A DNA stretch of 64,000 nt from Ignavibacteriota bacterium (GCA_963701295.1 OY969585.1:2464001-2528000), one strand, 5' to 3'. Counted from the stretch's first letter, positions 1 to 9,701 are shown. The notes: a model not told the origin generated them from the letters alone. Numbers and translations are program-made.

Positions 1-42
1 GGGAAGAGTTCTTTGGTGAAGAAGCTGATGCTGTTGAAATAA
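1..42 (+). CDS. 3' end of a secreted protein with T9SS-type C-terminal sorting domain (partial)
   Basis: Frame 1 reads GKSSLVKKLMLLK*, the same ending as other CTD proteins in the window (TKKMMLLK, TKKLLLLK). Confidence 0.7.
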   Translation, partial: GKSSLVKKLMLLK

Positions 43-566
43 ATCGAAGATCTCTCTGCAAAAAAAGTGTCTTAGTCGTTCCTGTTTATTTAGAGCCAAG
101 GTTTTGCAGAAATTTGAGTTCTTGGGTTCGCAGCGGGGTGATGAAGAAAAAGAGGTCGTAACTTTTCAGAATCGGCCTTTCGTGTGCTGGGGCAGGAACT
201 TACCGCTACTCACAACTTTTCATATAATCTTCGAAATGCCCATAAATCATACTCTCCCTTAATCATTGGTTAATGCCTTAGTTGGTTCATAATTACCCCA
301 AAAGATAAGTGCTTTCCAAAGCCTTCTTTGTACAGATGATTTATGGATTTGCCCCTCTTAAAAGCGATTCAGAGCTTGATAGTGAAAAATAAATTGACAC
401 ATAATTGACATATACTTCAGGAAAGTACGTAAGACTCTATAGGGTCAACATGGGTTCAATGTACTACTCTATCACAAAGCGAACCTACTCATATTTGAAC
501 AGCGAGAAGTGTTCTGATGGAATAACAGATATAATCTAATAATTTTTGTTCCGTCATATTATTCCC

Positions 567-595
567 TTGCGTTTTATTGGTGCAAACGATAAATT
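567..595 (+). promoter_or_regulatory. Candidate Pc promoter for the cassette array
   Basis: TTGCGT-17bp-TAAATT about 225 bp upstream of the first GTTAGGC. Confidence 0.4.
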
Positions 596-713
596 AAAAG
601 CGTGTGCACATAAGATACAACGTCAAAGTATCTGAAGAAAGAGGGGAATTGTTGGGAGATATCGAAAATCTAAACACCTATAGTGCCAGAGCCCCTTTCA
701 TAGTTACCAAATT

Positions 714-827
714 TGGCTGCAGACCTAGCAGTCTCTCAAATAATTTATTCATGTTAGGCTGCAATATGCAGTCTAACACTCAAAAAAGCGTATTAGGCTG
801 CGGTATGCAGTCTAATCAGAGTTAGGC
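714..827 (+). other. attI-like site with three ~39-40 bp-spaced palindromic units
   Basis: GTCTAATCAGA-GTTAGGC core (811-827) resembles an attI L/R pair; upstream units GTTAGGCTGCA-ata-TGCAGTCTAAC (753-777), ATTAGGCTGC-ggtat-GCAGTCTAAT (792-816) and a degenerate copy at 714-736; no attC precedes cassette 1. Confidence 0.65.
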
Positions 828-845
828 CGCAAACGGGAGGAATCA

Positions 846-1415
846 ATGAGGTCAACTATAACATTTCTTCTGATTTTCTCACTGCTAGTATTATCGCGAG
901 CCACTAGCCAAGATTCGCTTGATAATCAATGGAAAGTTGCAGAGCGTCAAATCAAACGTTTGTCTCCATCAGCATTTGAGAAATTGCCCATTACCATAGT
1001 GGAGGAACTAATAAAAGACGATTACACTATTCCACAATGTTCTGAGCATCCTGACCCTCACAATGTAATTTCTGGTGAATTCAAAGTTAGCGGTAAAAAA
1101 GATTGGGCGGTTTTAGCTTCAAAGGATGGTGTGTCATCTATAATCATTTTTTGGGGTGGTGTAGCAAAAGATACCACACACCTACTTGCAGAGAGAGATA
1201 TTGGCTATCTTCAAGGTGGAGAGCATGAAATCGAATACTCTCGTTTGATAGAAGTCGTAGGTAAGGTCGAGATATCTAAAAACAAAAATATTTTGAATGA
1301 CTGCTCGACGATATTAATTGACCATGACGGAATCGAAAATTATTTTTGGAATAAGGCGTCTGCCATTTATTATCTCCATCAATGCAAATGGCTTGAATTC
1401 TTTGGGTCAGACTAA
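846..1415 (+). CDS. Cassette 1: secreted hypothetical protein
   Basis: RBS GGAGG, signal peptide, GEF..GKKDWAVL motif shared with the cassette 9 protein. Confidence 0.8.
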   Translation: MRSTITFLLIFSLLVLSRATSQDSLDNQWKVAERQIKRLSPSAFEKLPITIVEELIKDDYTIPQCSEHPDPHNVISGEFKVSGKKDWAVLASKDGVSSIIIFWGGVAKDTTHLLAERDIGYLQGGEHEIEYSRLIEVVGKVEISKNKNILNDCSTILIDHDGIENYFWNKASAIYYLHQCKWLEFFGSD

Positions 1416-1429
1416 ATTATCTGTTTGCG

Positions 1430-1587
1430 CCCTAACCAGCGGCTCAAGCTGACCGGATGAGCGTGGGAGCAATTTACATTGCGTGTAGAGGTTTTGTGCT
1501 TAATAATTTAATTGGTAGTGTGAACCTATTTTCTTGGGTGCATTACGAAACTATTCAACGCGGCAGCTTAGCCGCAGTCCGTTAGCC
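1430..1587 (+). repeat. attC 1 (158 bp)
   Basis: CCCTAAC..CTCAAGCTG / CAGCTTAG..GTTAGCC. Confidence 0.92.
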
Positions 1588-1617
1588 AGCGCAAACTTAT
1601 TACAGACATCAAATTAA

Positions 1618-2190
1618 ATGGAGGTAATTATGAAAACATTTATTATGGCATGTTTTGTATTAGCTTTTTCGGGTTGCAATTTTAAGAGTGATTATAAATT
1701 AATCACTTCACAGAATGGCAGAGTTTATAGAATCGATAAATCTTCTGGAGAAGTCAGCTTAGTCGAAGGATTCACAATTACCAAGCTTCAAGAACCAAAA
1801 ACTGAAGAAGAGTCCAAACAGGAGGAATTAAAACTATTCAAGGCAATTACGTGGCCTACAATCAAATTGCCCGGAACGACTATCACTCTTGTGTTAAGAA
1901 CAATTTGGAGGGAGGGCAATATTTATTATCAATTGAATGCCTCTCCCTATGAGGGAGATTTACAGCGTTCTGCAGAATCTTATCTATCAAGCAGTAGCTA
2001 CTTTTCAATAGAAATGCGTGATAAAGACGGTTTTATTCTTCTCAGAGTCCCAATATCAATTTCACGAATGAGTGGAATTGTTGATAATAATGGGAAGCGT
2101 GAGAGTATGGAAGCAAATGATAAAATTGAATGTACATCAGGAAAATATCTATCTTTTGTAGGTTGGAATTCGGGTTACTTCCTTAAATAA
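1618..2190 (+). CDS. Cassette 2: hypothetical lipoprotein (start probably 1630)
   Basis: Lipobox FSGC; GGAGG RBS before ATG 1630. Confidence 0.8.
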   Translation: MEVIMKTFIMACFVLAFSGCNFKSDYKLITSQNGRVYRIDKSSGEVSLVEGFTITKLQEPKTEEESKQEELKLFKAITWPTIKLPGTTITLVLRTIWREGNIYYQLNASPYEGDLQRSAESYLSSSSYFSIEMRDKDGFILLRVPISISRMSGIVDNNGKRESMEANDKIECTSGKYLSFVGWNSGYFLK

Positions 2191-2204
2191 ATTTTTTTTG
2201 CGCT

Positions 2205-2362
2205 GGCTAACCAGCAACTCAAGTTAACGAAATAAGTGTGGGTACATTAAGCATGGCTCGAAACGGTTTAGTATATTTTGAAGACTTTCAACTTGAAACT
2301 CGTTTCTTTTTCGACAAACTTGAAAGTTATCAGTGCGGCAGCTTAGTTGTCATCCGTTAGCC
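2205..2362 (+). repeat. attC 2 (158 bp)
   Basis: GGCTAAC..GTTAGCC with L boxes. Confidence 0.92.
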
Positions 2363-2390
2363 ATTGCGTTAGAATTCGACGAGATAAACA

Positions 2391-3041
2391 ATGATTAAAC
2401 AAAACACCTTTAAAAGAGCGGTGAGTCAGTTCAGCAAACTCGAAAAGCGATCAAATTTTTTCGCGCTAGCAAGCAATCTAATCCATAATAGCTTCGATGT
2501 GGAGGGTTACATCTTACTCTTAGCGACTTGGAATTTTGCTCTCTTTCGATACGCAGTGAAACAATTTGATATTGAGAAGTTCAAAAACTCACTCATTTCA
2601 TTAAAAGTCCCGTTTAGTAGACTTGAAAGCCTCAAAATCGAATCAGCCGATTTGGATAAATACGCGGCAGATATTAAAATAATCTTTACATCCCTTTCCA
2701 AAATCGAAGGCGTAAAGTTTACTGGTGCACCGAAATTGATGCATCTAAAAAATCCAGATTTATTCGTTATGTGGGACGAGTACATCAGAGGTGGAAAACC
2801 TAAAAAATATTATGACAATCTTGATATCGTAAAAACTGGTCAATGTGTTATTGAGAAATATGAAAAGGATGCAAACGGTTATTTTCATTTTCTTAAAGAC
2901 ATGCAATGCCGTTTTTCTCATCTTAGTTCACCATCGAAAATGAAGACAATGGCTAAAGCGATTGATGAGTTCAATTATGTAACAATTACTTTGCCAATCC
3001 AAAAAGCAATAAAGACTGTAAAACAATCTGGCGCTGGCTAA
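2391..3041 (+). CDS. Cassette 3: hypothetical protein, possible HhH/DNA-glycosylase-like fold
   Basis: GVKFTGAPKLMHLKNPDLFVMWD motif; stop codon is the TAA of the attC R'' box. Confidence 0.65.
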   Translation: MIKQNTFKRAVSQFSKLEKRSNFFALASNLIHNSFDVEGYILLLATWNFALFRYAVKQFDIEKFKNSLISLKVPFSRLESLKIESADLDKYAADIKIIFTSLSKIEGVKFTGAPKLMHLKNPDLFVMWDEYIRGGKPKKYYDNLDIVKTGQCVIEKYEKDANGYFHFLKDMQCRFSHLSSPSKMKTMAKAIDEFNYVTITLPIQKAIKTVKQSGAG

Positions 3042-3232
3042 CCAGCGGCTCAAGCTGACCGGATGAGCCGAGATACGTTAAGCATGGCGTGCGGTGGGTT
3101 TAAGTTTTTATAATTAACTTTTCAGTACCTCGTTGGTTGAGTATAAATAAATTTAGTTATCAGCATGAACTTGTTTTGTTATAAGCAATTTGAAACTTAT
3201 CAGCGCCGCAGCTTAGCGCCGTTCCGTTAGGG
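3036..3232 (+). repeat. attC 3 (197 bp)
   Basis: GGCTAAC..GTTAGGG. Confidence 0.92.
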
Positions 3233-3257
3233 CGCGCAAAACGAAAAAAATAAATAT

Positions 3258-3812
3258 ATGATAAAATATTTAATTGTGTTGCTAGCATTTGTTCCAGCCT
3301 TTTTAATGGGACAGGTGGACAAATCCGATAGTTCAGGATCAAATGTTACAGATCAACAAGCTCAAATTAATATATACAAATTGAATGTTGGTTCAGGGTT
3401 TAGTTCAAAGAATCTTTTAGTATTTTTGTCATCTCTGATGTACAATGATGAGAATAGTTGTTATATACTTCGATATAGTTACTCAACAGAATTCAATTTC
3501 TTTGGTCCCATTCCAGATGAGACAACATGGGATATTGGTCTATTATATGGGTGGAGTTCAAGATATTTTGCGTTTGGAATTGGACTAAGTTATGTCAATT
3601 TGACCCAAAGAGGCGTTTTATTGCATAATTTATTTTTTGGCGGTGAATACCAGAAAATCACATTAGAAAGAGTTGGTGTGCCTATTCAAATTGAATTATC
3701 TGGTCCATTGTTTCCATTCCTTGGTGGTGCAATAATAGCATTCGCAAATTTAAATACGGTGAATAGTTACGTAGGATTAGTTGCTGCGATAGAAATTGGA
3801 AAATTAAAGTAG
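3258..3812 (+). CDS. Cassette 4: secreted, probable outer-membrane beta-barrel protein
   Basis: Signal peptide, alternating aromatic/Gly strands. Confidence 0.65.
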   Translation: MIKYLIVLLAFVPAFLMGQVDKSDSSGSNVTDQQAQINIYKLNVGSGFSSKNLLVFLSSLMYNDENSCYILRYSYSTEFNFFGPIPDETTWDIGLLYGWSSRYFAFGIGLSYVNLTQRGVLLHNLFFGGEYQKITLERVGVPIQIELSGPLFPFLGGAIIAFANLNTVNSYVGLVAAIEIGKLK

Positions 3813-3828
3813 CATTCTTTTTTGTGCG

Positions 3829-4025
3829 CCCTAACCAGGCGCTCAAGCTGACGGAATAAGCGTGGGTGCGTTACGCATGGCTGGTGGTGGTTTTAGGTTT
3901 TTATAATTTACTTTTCAGTACTTCGTTGGTTGATTGCAGATTAATTTGGTTATCAGCATGAACTCATTTCGTTGGGTGCAAATTGAAAGTTGGTCATGCC
4001 GCAGCTTAGCGCCCATCCGTTAGCT
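3829..4025 (+). repeat. attC 4 (197 bp)
   Basis: CCCTAAC..GTTAGCT. Confidence 0.92.
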
Positions 4026-4047
4026 GGCGCGCTCAGGAGTTAGTTTT

Positions 4048-4665
4048 ATGATTACCAAACATAACAACAAAATTACTCTACTTTTTGCTGCTATATTGCT
4101 TACTATTGTTGCAGTGAATTGTGACCATTCGACTCAACCTAAAGACGAAGTGGGCGATATCCTTCCTTTGAAAGTTGGTAATTCCTGGAATTACACAAGA
4201 ACATGGACAAGATTAGATAGTGTTGTAGTAGATTCTGTTACCATGGTAGTCCGTTCACGCGATACTGTATTAGGTGTCTCTGGTTATAATGTCGATAATT
4301 TGATTATAGGCCCAATTATCTTTTTAGAAATGTACATGCTTGACAATAGATCTGATGGACTTTACTATGTTTTATGGGCGCTTACCGAACCTCCCTCTAT
4401 ACCAAGTTTATCAAAAGCGTTACCTTTTCCAACCCATCTTGGCGAGGTGATCTCTTTTCACGGATATACTATTACAACAGAATCCATTAGTGACCAAATT
4501 ATGGTACCGGCAGGGACTTATAATTGTGTCAAGTATGTAGCAAGGACTGACTCAATTGTTATTGGAACAATATGGAGCAAGCCTAATCTCGGACTTGTTC
4601 GAACTTGGGCGAAATACGGATTAATTGAATACACGCATCAGCTCAATTCATACTCATTAAAATAG
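4048..4665 (+). CDS. Cassette 5: hypothetical lipoprotein
   Basis: Lipobox-like AVNC; PLKVGNSW and VPAGTY motifs. Confidence 0.8.
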   Translation: MITKHNNKITLLFAAILLTIVAVNCDHSTQPKDEVGDILPLKVGNSWNYTRTWTRLDSVVVDSVTMVVRSRDTVLGVSGYNVDNLIIGPIIFLEMYMLDNRSDGLYYVLWALTEPPSIPSLSKALPFPTHLGEVISFHGYTITTESISDQIMVPAGTYNCVKYVARTDSIVIGTIWSKPNLGLVRTWAKYGLIEYTHQLNSYSLK

Positions 4666-4672
4666 GCGCGCC

Positions 4673-4869
4673 AGCTAACCAGGCGCTCAAGCTGACGGAA
4701 TGAGCGTATGGACGTTAAGCATGGCGTGTGGTGGGTTTAAGTTTTTATTATTAACTTTTCAGTACCTCTTTGGTTGGGAGTAAATTAATTTGGTTATCAG
4801 CATAAACTTGTTTCGTTATCAGTATGTTGAAAATATTCAGCGCCGCAGCTTAGCGCCGGTCCGTTAGGC
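4673..4869 (+). repeat. attC 5 (197 bp)
   Basis: AGCTAAC..GTTAGGC. Confidence 0.92.
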
Positions 4870-4881
4870 AGCCAAAATAAA

Positions 4882-5391
4882 ATGACTCCTGCACAAAAAA
4901 CGCCTTTTCTCATTCTTTTTAATGCATCTATGATATTGAGATCGGTCAGCAAAAGTAAATCGTTGGGTAAAAAGTTATCTGAAAACTATAAGAATAGAAA
5001 AATTAGAATATTTAGAAAAGAGACTTTCAGTGAATTTAAGAAACTTATTAAGAAAATCGATAAGAACAATTTAGAGCAAAAACACATACACGATTCTATT
5101 AAATGCATAAGTAAGAACAGTCATACTTCTTTTGGCCAAGCTCAAAAAGGGTTAAATGTACTTTTAAAGTATTACTGTCATTTGATTTACCATAACAAAA
5201 GAAAAAGAATTGTGAAAGAATTGGATTGCCCTCTTGATAGTTTTATCTTGAAAGAGTTGCATCAATCGATATTCTTAAATCATATGAACGAAGAAATGTA
5301 TATGGCGATCCAAAAAAGCATTCCCACAGCCTCTCGAATAGTATTTGACTATAGATGGGATAAGAAGAAAATCATAGAAGCTAAAATATAA
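4882..5391 (+). CDS. Cassette 6 gene a: basic hypothetical protein (GQAQK..N..LKY / PLDS family)
   Basis: ORF with SFGQAQKGLNVLLKYY and CPLDSFIL motifs. Confidence 0.7.
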   Translation: MTPAQKTPFLILFNASMILRSVSKSKSLGKKLSENYKNRKIRIFRKETFSEFKKLIKKIDKNNLEQKHIHDSIKCISKNSHTSFGQAQKGLNVLLKYYCHLIYHNKRKRIVKELDCPLDSFILKELHQSIFLNHMNEEMYMAIQKSIPTASRIVFDYRWDKKKIIEAKI

Positions 5392-5411
5392 TTTCTATAA
5401 GGAAGGAAACT

Positions 5412-5921
5412 ATGAAAAACAAATATGGTTGTCGCCTATTTTCACTTTTTATCCTATTTATCCTTTTTTCTTTCCAGTCTAGATCCCAGCTTATTGATTC
5501 TCATTATTTAGGAAAATTGAAATATGGCATGAGTTTAATTGATGTCTCCAATCTTGATATTCAATTTTCTAATATTACTGGCGAGGGGCAAGAGAATGGA
5601 ACTGCAAAGATTCAGATCGTAACTGTGGATGTATATGACGGAGCAACCCTTTATCTAAAACATGAAAAGATTGACCATGTCGGTATAACATTCAGCTGGT
5701 GTAACTGCAGACCATATTTACCTGATGCTGTATCACCTCTTCTTTCTGAAGATTGCAAGAGAACTTTATCCAAAGTTGAAAATTATCTTACTTCTATATA
5801 TGGTAAACCTAAGATTAATAGTAATTTTGGTGTTAATAAAACATGGCTATCGTCAACTTCGAAAATTGAACTTGTCGTTAATGATGCAATGATAAATTTA
5901 TTTTTCAGCAAGCGAAAATGA
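5412..5921 (+). CDS. Cassette 6 gene b: secreted hypothetical protein
   Basis: RBS AAGGA, hydrophobic N-terminus; no attC between genes a and b. Confidence 0.7.
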   Translation: MKNKYGCRLFSLFILFILFSFQSRSQLIDSHYLGKLKYGMSLIDVSNLDIQFSNITGEGQENGTAKIQIVTVDVYDGATLYLKHEKIDHVGITFSWCNCRPYLPDAVSPLLSEDCKRTLSKVENYLTSIYGKPKINSNFGVNKTWLSSTSKIELVVNDAMINLFFSKRK

Positions 5922-5955
5922 TGTATATAAAAATATTTATAATAAGATTTTGGCT

Positions 5956-6112
5956 GCCTAACCAGGCGCTCAAGCTGACGGAATGAGCTGGGAGCAATCA
6001 ACATGGCTAACAGAGGTTTTGTGTTTAATAATTCATTTGGTAGCGTGAACCTGTTTCGTTTAGTGCATATTGAAAATTATCAGCGCCGCAGCTTAGCGCC
6101 GGTCCGTTAGGT
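5956..6112 (+). repeat. attC 6 (157 bp)
   Basis: GCCTAAC..GTTAGGT. Confidence 0.92.
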
Positions 6113-6161
6113 GGCGCATTTCCATTCAACCATTTTCTTTAAAATTAATTTAGAGAATACG

Positions 6162-6962
6162 ATGCTTTCTCAGGAAGATATCAGACAACAGTATCATAAA
6201 GGTGACCCTTATCTTAAATTTGATGGGGTAGCCAACGACAAAACTCCTAGAGAGCTACTTCCTTTAATTGATCTTATTCGCAAGGAAAGTGAATGGCGAA
6301 AAACACCATTAAGGATACGAAAAGATAATAATGGTCGTTATAAACCAATATTCATAAACGGTCTTTGCTTCGGTTTCGATGTTTTGGTAAGAGCAGATGA
6401 TGCCCAAATTAGAGCAATTGAGACTGGAAAAAAATGTACACATTATCCTTCAGGCGTTTACCCTTTAATAGTTCAAGGTTGTAACTATAACGATTTCGCA
6501 TTTCTGTCGACTGATGTGATTTCATACTGTGAAGCTAAAAAAGAATTAAATAATAACAACTATAATGAAGCTCTTTCTCAAATAAGAAATGCGTTTGAAT
6601 TAAAACCTCAAGAATCTCTTTATGCAACTCTCTTCTTTGAGATTCGACTCGAGATGAAAGATGAATTGTCAATTGATGAAGAATTAAAATATTTTGAAAA
6701 TGATATTGATTCAACTATTCATTCTGGCAGGGTATACAAATGGATACGATTTTTGGTTCAACAAAAGAAAGATGATAAGGCGTTACAACTGATTCAATTG
6801 ATCAATCGACTCCTTGATGAACAAATATTAGGTAAAAGAAAAAGCAAAATTTATGGTAGCCAAAAATCTAGTTGGTACAGTTACAAGAAAGAACAATTCA
6901 ACAAGAAAATAGAAAAAACAAAATTAAAACTCGAAACAAATTTGGTTTCAACAAAGAAATAA
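6162..6962 (+). CDS. Cassette 7 gene a: hypothetical protein with TPR-like segment
   Basis: ATG 6162 after GAGA; YNEALSQIRNAFELKP resembles a TPR. Confidence 0.7.
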   Translation: MLSQEDIRQQYHKGDPYLKFDGVANDKTPRELLPLIDLIRKESEWRKTPLRIRKDNNGRYKPIFINGLCFGFDVLVRADDAQIRAIETGKKCTHYPSGVYPLIVQGCNYNDFAFLSTDVISYCEAKKELNNNNYNEALSQIRNAFELKPQESLYATLFFEIRLEMKDELSIDEELKYFENDIDSTIHSGRVYKWIRFLVQQKKDDKALQLIQLINRLLDEQILGKRKSKIYGSQKSSWYSYKKEQFNKKIEKTKLKLETNLVSTKK

Positions 6963-6969
6963 TCACAAA

Positions 6970-7473
6970 ATGGAACAACTAGAACGTACACGCAGATATC
7001 TGAAGCGATTGAGGGAGATTTATAACCAAGTTCCTTATATAACAGATACCCGTGAATATTATATTGATGATGTTTATTCCTTCTTCATACATTGTTATCA
7101 TATTAGAGATTGGATTATTCACCTAAATCTTCTTGGTTTAGGCGAGAAAGATGTAGATGCATTTATTAATGAACACAATGAATTACGAATATGTGCGGAT
7201 CTATGTAATGGAACAAAACATTGTGAGTTGAAACGTAAATTAAGAACTAGTCGGCAACCGCATTTAGCCAGTTGGACATTTTCTTCTGACGGCATGAACG
7301 ATAAAATGGAAACCACGAAAGGAAAGTTTTGTATTCTTTCAGGAGATAAATTTTATGATGCGTTAGAACTTGCAGAGAGTTGCATGAAACTTTGGGACGA
7401 ATATATCAGCGAGCTTTACAAAAGTGCTGAAAAAAATGCGCCACCTAACCAAGCGCTCAAGCTGACGGAATGA
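6970..7473 (+). CDS. Cassette 7 gene b: possible HEPN-like protein; reads into attC
   Basis: FFIHCYHIRDW and DLCNGTKH motifs; C-terminal PPNQALKLTE is encoded by the attC. Confidence 0.65.
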   Translation: MEQLERTRRYLKRLREIYNQVPYITDTREYYIDDVYSFFIHCYHIRDWIIHLNLLGLGEKDVDAFINEHNELRICADLCNGTKHCELKRKLRTSRQPHLASWTFSSDGMNDKMETTKGKFCILSGDKFYDALELAESCMKLWDEYISELYKSAEKNAPPNQALKLTE

Positions 7474-7637
7474 GCTGAGTGCGAAATTCATGGCTAATGG
7501 TGGGTTGACGTTTTTATTATTCAGTTTTTAGTACCTATAACTTTGATACTTATCAATTTGGTTATCAGCATGAACTTGTTTCGTTTTGTATATATTGAAA
7601 CTTATCAGCGCCGCAGCTTAGCGCCAGTCCGTTAGGC
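7443..7637 (+). repeat. attC 7 (195 bp)
   Basis: ACCTAAC..GTTAGGC. Confidence 0.92.
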
Positions 7638-7660
7638 AGTGCACAGAAGGGATTCCTTTT

Positions 7661-8224
7661 ATGGAAGTTAATAAAGAACAAAATATTCCGAGAAGCTTTA
7701 AAAGCTTTCTCATAAAAAATCTCGACCGTGCTACAAATGCTGTCGGAATACTTACAATTCTTTCAACCATTGCTATCTTTGGATTATCGATGCTCGTTTT
7801 TGGATTGAACTATTCTACATGGATCACCGTTTTATATTTTGGCATATCGGGGACATGTGAGGTATTTCATATTCAAAAAAAGTCCGATCTTTACAAGAGA
7901 ATGCAAACAATCTCTGACAGTGACGATCTCATTCACAATATAGCTTCTGCAAAAAGAGTTGGCGATCCCAAAATAATTGAACAGATCAAATACGCCGGAT
8001 TTTTGTTTAATGCAATCGGTTTCGAGAAATTGCCAATTTCTGTTGGAATATCTCGCCCATTGTGTCCCAAGTGTAATCGCCCTGTTGTTATGGATGCGAA
8101 GGTAAAGTTTCCTGGACGCATTAAAATTAAATATTTCTGCATTTGCGGCTATGAAAAGTTTAGCGACAAAACTGAAAACGAATTGCGTGATCAGGTAGCA
8201 AGAGGATTGAATGCGCCTTCTTAG
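7661..8224 (+). CDS. Cassette 8 gene a: two-TM protein with C-terminal Zn ribbon
   Basis: Two hydrophobic segments, CPKC...CIC. Confidence 0.7.
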   Translation: MEVNKEQNIPRSFKSFLIKNLDRATNAVGILTILSTIAIFGLSMLVFGLNYSTWITVLYFGISGTCEVFHIQKKSDLYKRMQTISDSDDLIHNIASAKRVGDPKIIEQIKYAGFLFNAIGFEKLPISVGISRPLCPKCNRPVVMDAKVKFPGRIKIKYFCICGYEKFSDKTENELRDQVARGLNAPS

Positions 8225-8245
8225 CACAACGCTTAACCAGAAAAA

Positions 8246-8935
8246 ATGGATAAATACATGAAAAAGATAGTAATCATGCTTCTAGTTCTTCACGGAATTC
8301 TTTTCTGTCAGGTTCCATATGTTCGAGAGGGTTCTGTTGGCACAGTCAAAATTAAAACAAAAAAAGAATCTCGCCCCGCGTTTACTTATTTACCACTTAA
8401 GGATTGGATCGGCGAACGATTTATTGTATTGCCTAAACCAAAGACGCTTCAACATAATTATATCGGTCCCTATTTTGGCGAAAAGGATAAGTACAGTGGA
8501 ATTCCTTATCGAATATTAGCGGGTAAAATAGCCACGGCTATTGAAGTAAACGAATACCATTATATCAAATTCAAGATAGAAAAGACCGGGGAAATATTTT
8601 ATGATGACACTTATTTAAGCGTTCATGAGGTTGCGCTCATAGACGATATAGATAGTGCGCGTGCAAGATGGGTCGGCAAAACATTAAAGTTCAAAGGGAA
8701 AGAACTTCATACTTACGATGCAAAAGTTGACAAGGAAGATGTGATCGAAGTTCCACTTCATACACCTGTGAAAGTCGTTGATATTGTTGCAGGTTGGTAT
8801 GACGCTATGCCTGTCAGATTTATTGTGCAATTACCAGACGGAAGAGAAGGATATGTTGATGTCAACATGAGTAATACAAATGTTTCAGATAAATGGTTTG
8901 ATAAAAACCGTTTTTGGTTCTTCTTCTGGGAATAA
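8246..8935 (+). CDS. Cassette 8 gene b: secreted hypothetical protein
   Basis: Signal peptide MKKIVIMLLVLHG. Confidence 0.75.
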   Translation: MDKYMKKIVIMLLVLHGILFCQVPYVREGSVGTVKIKTKKESRPAFTYLPLKDWIGERFIVLPKPKTLQHNYIGPYFGEKDKYSGIPYRILAGKIATAIEVNEYHYIKFKIEKTGEIFYDDTYLSVHEVALIDDIDSARARWVGKTLKFKGKELHTYDAKVDKEDVIEVPLHTPVKVVDIVAGWYDAMPVRFIVQLPDGREGYVDVNMSNTNVSDKWFDKNRFWFFFWE

Positions 8936-8956
8936 AAATAATACCTGTTGTGCACT

Positions 8957-9151
8957 GCCTAACCAAGCGCTCAAGCTGACGGAATTAGCTGAGGTACGTT
9001 AAGCATGGCTTGCGGTGGGTTTCGTTTTCATTATTCAGTTTTTAGTACCTATAACTTTGATACTTATTAATTTGGTTAACAGCATGAACTTGTTTCGTTA
9101 TCAGAAATATGAAACTTATCAGCGCCGCAGCTTAGCGCCGGTCCGTTAGGG
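8957..9151 (+). repeat. attC 8 (195 bp)
   Basis: GCCTAAC..GTTAGGG. Confidence 0.92.
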
Positions 9152-9173
9152 CGCAAACCCAAAGGAGCATTTT

Positions 9174-9692
9174 ATGTCACGAATATTATTCTTTGGAACA
9201 ATTCTTTTTTTAGTGAGCCTATCCTATTCGCAACAACAAAAATATAGTCAAGAGGAATTGTTCACTATTCGTGCAAGTGCTCCACCAAAATTATGGGAGC
9301 TTTTCAATAGCATCGGATTAAATAAGGATTATGAAGTTTATGTTGGCAAACTTAATCCTTTTTATCTTTGGGGCGATTTTGATGGAGACGGAAAAGAAGA
9401 TTTTGTAGTTCAGCTACTTTCCAAAGGAATTCCATCGAATTTGCGAATCGCTGTTTTGCTTGGTGTCGGCAAAGTAATCTTTATTGAACGTGATGATAGC
9501 TTAAGATATCCAGGTCTAACCGCTTGGTATGTTGTTCCAAAAAGTGAAACAATTTCTCAAAGTCCGTACGAAAAAACAAATACTTCACCGAATCTTGTTG
9601 GTGACGGTTTTGAAATTGTAAAGGTTGAATCATCAAGTTCCTTGATCTATTGGAATGGTAGACGCTTTGTTTCGTATTGGCGCGGAGATTAA
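9174..9692 (+). CDS. Cassette 9: secreted protein with FG-GAP-like DxDGDG motif
   Basis: RBS AAGGAG, signal peptide, GDFDGDGKED. Confidence 0.8.
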   Translation: MSRILFFGTILFLVSLSYSQQQKYSQEELFTIRASAPPKLWELFNSIGLNKDYEVYVGKLNPFYLWGDFDGDGKEDFVVQLLSKGIPSNLRIAVLLGVGKVIFIERDDSLRYPGLTAWYVVPKSETISQSPYEKTNTSPNLVGDGFEIVKVESSSSLIYWNGRRFVSYWRGD

Positions 9693-9701
9693 AAGTTTGC
9701 G

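Noticed and set aside
393-416. Two TTGACA hexamers as a promoter
   Set aside because: No -10 at 16-18 bp from either; just a 10-bp direct repeat
604-825. 73-aa ORF before cassette 1
   Set aside because: Its repeated LGC.MQSN simply translates the attI palindromes; weak start; a leader-peptide role cannot be excluded
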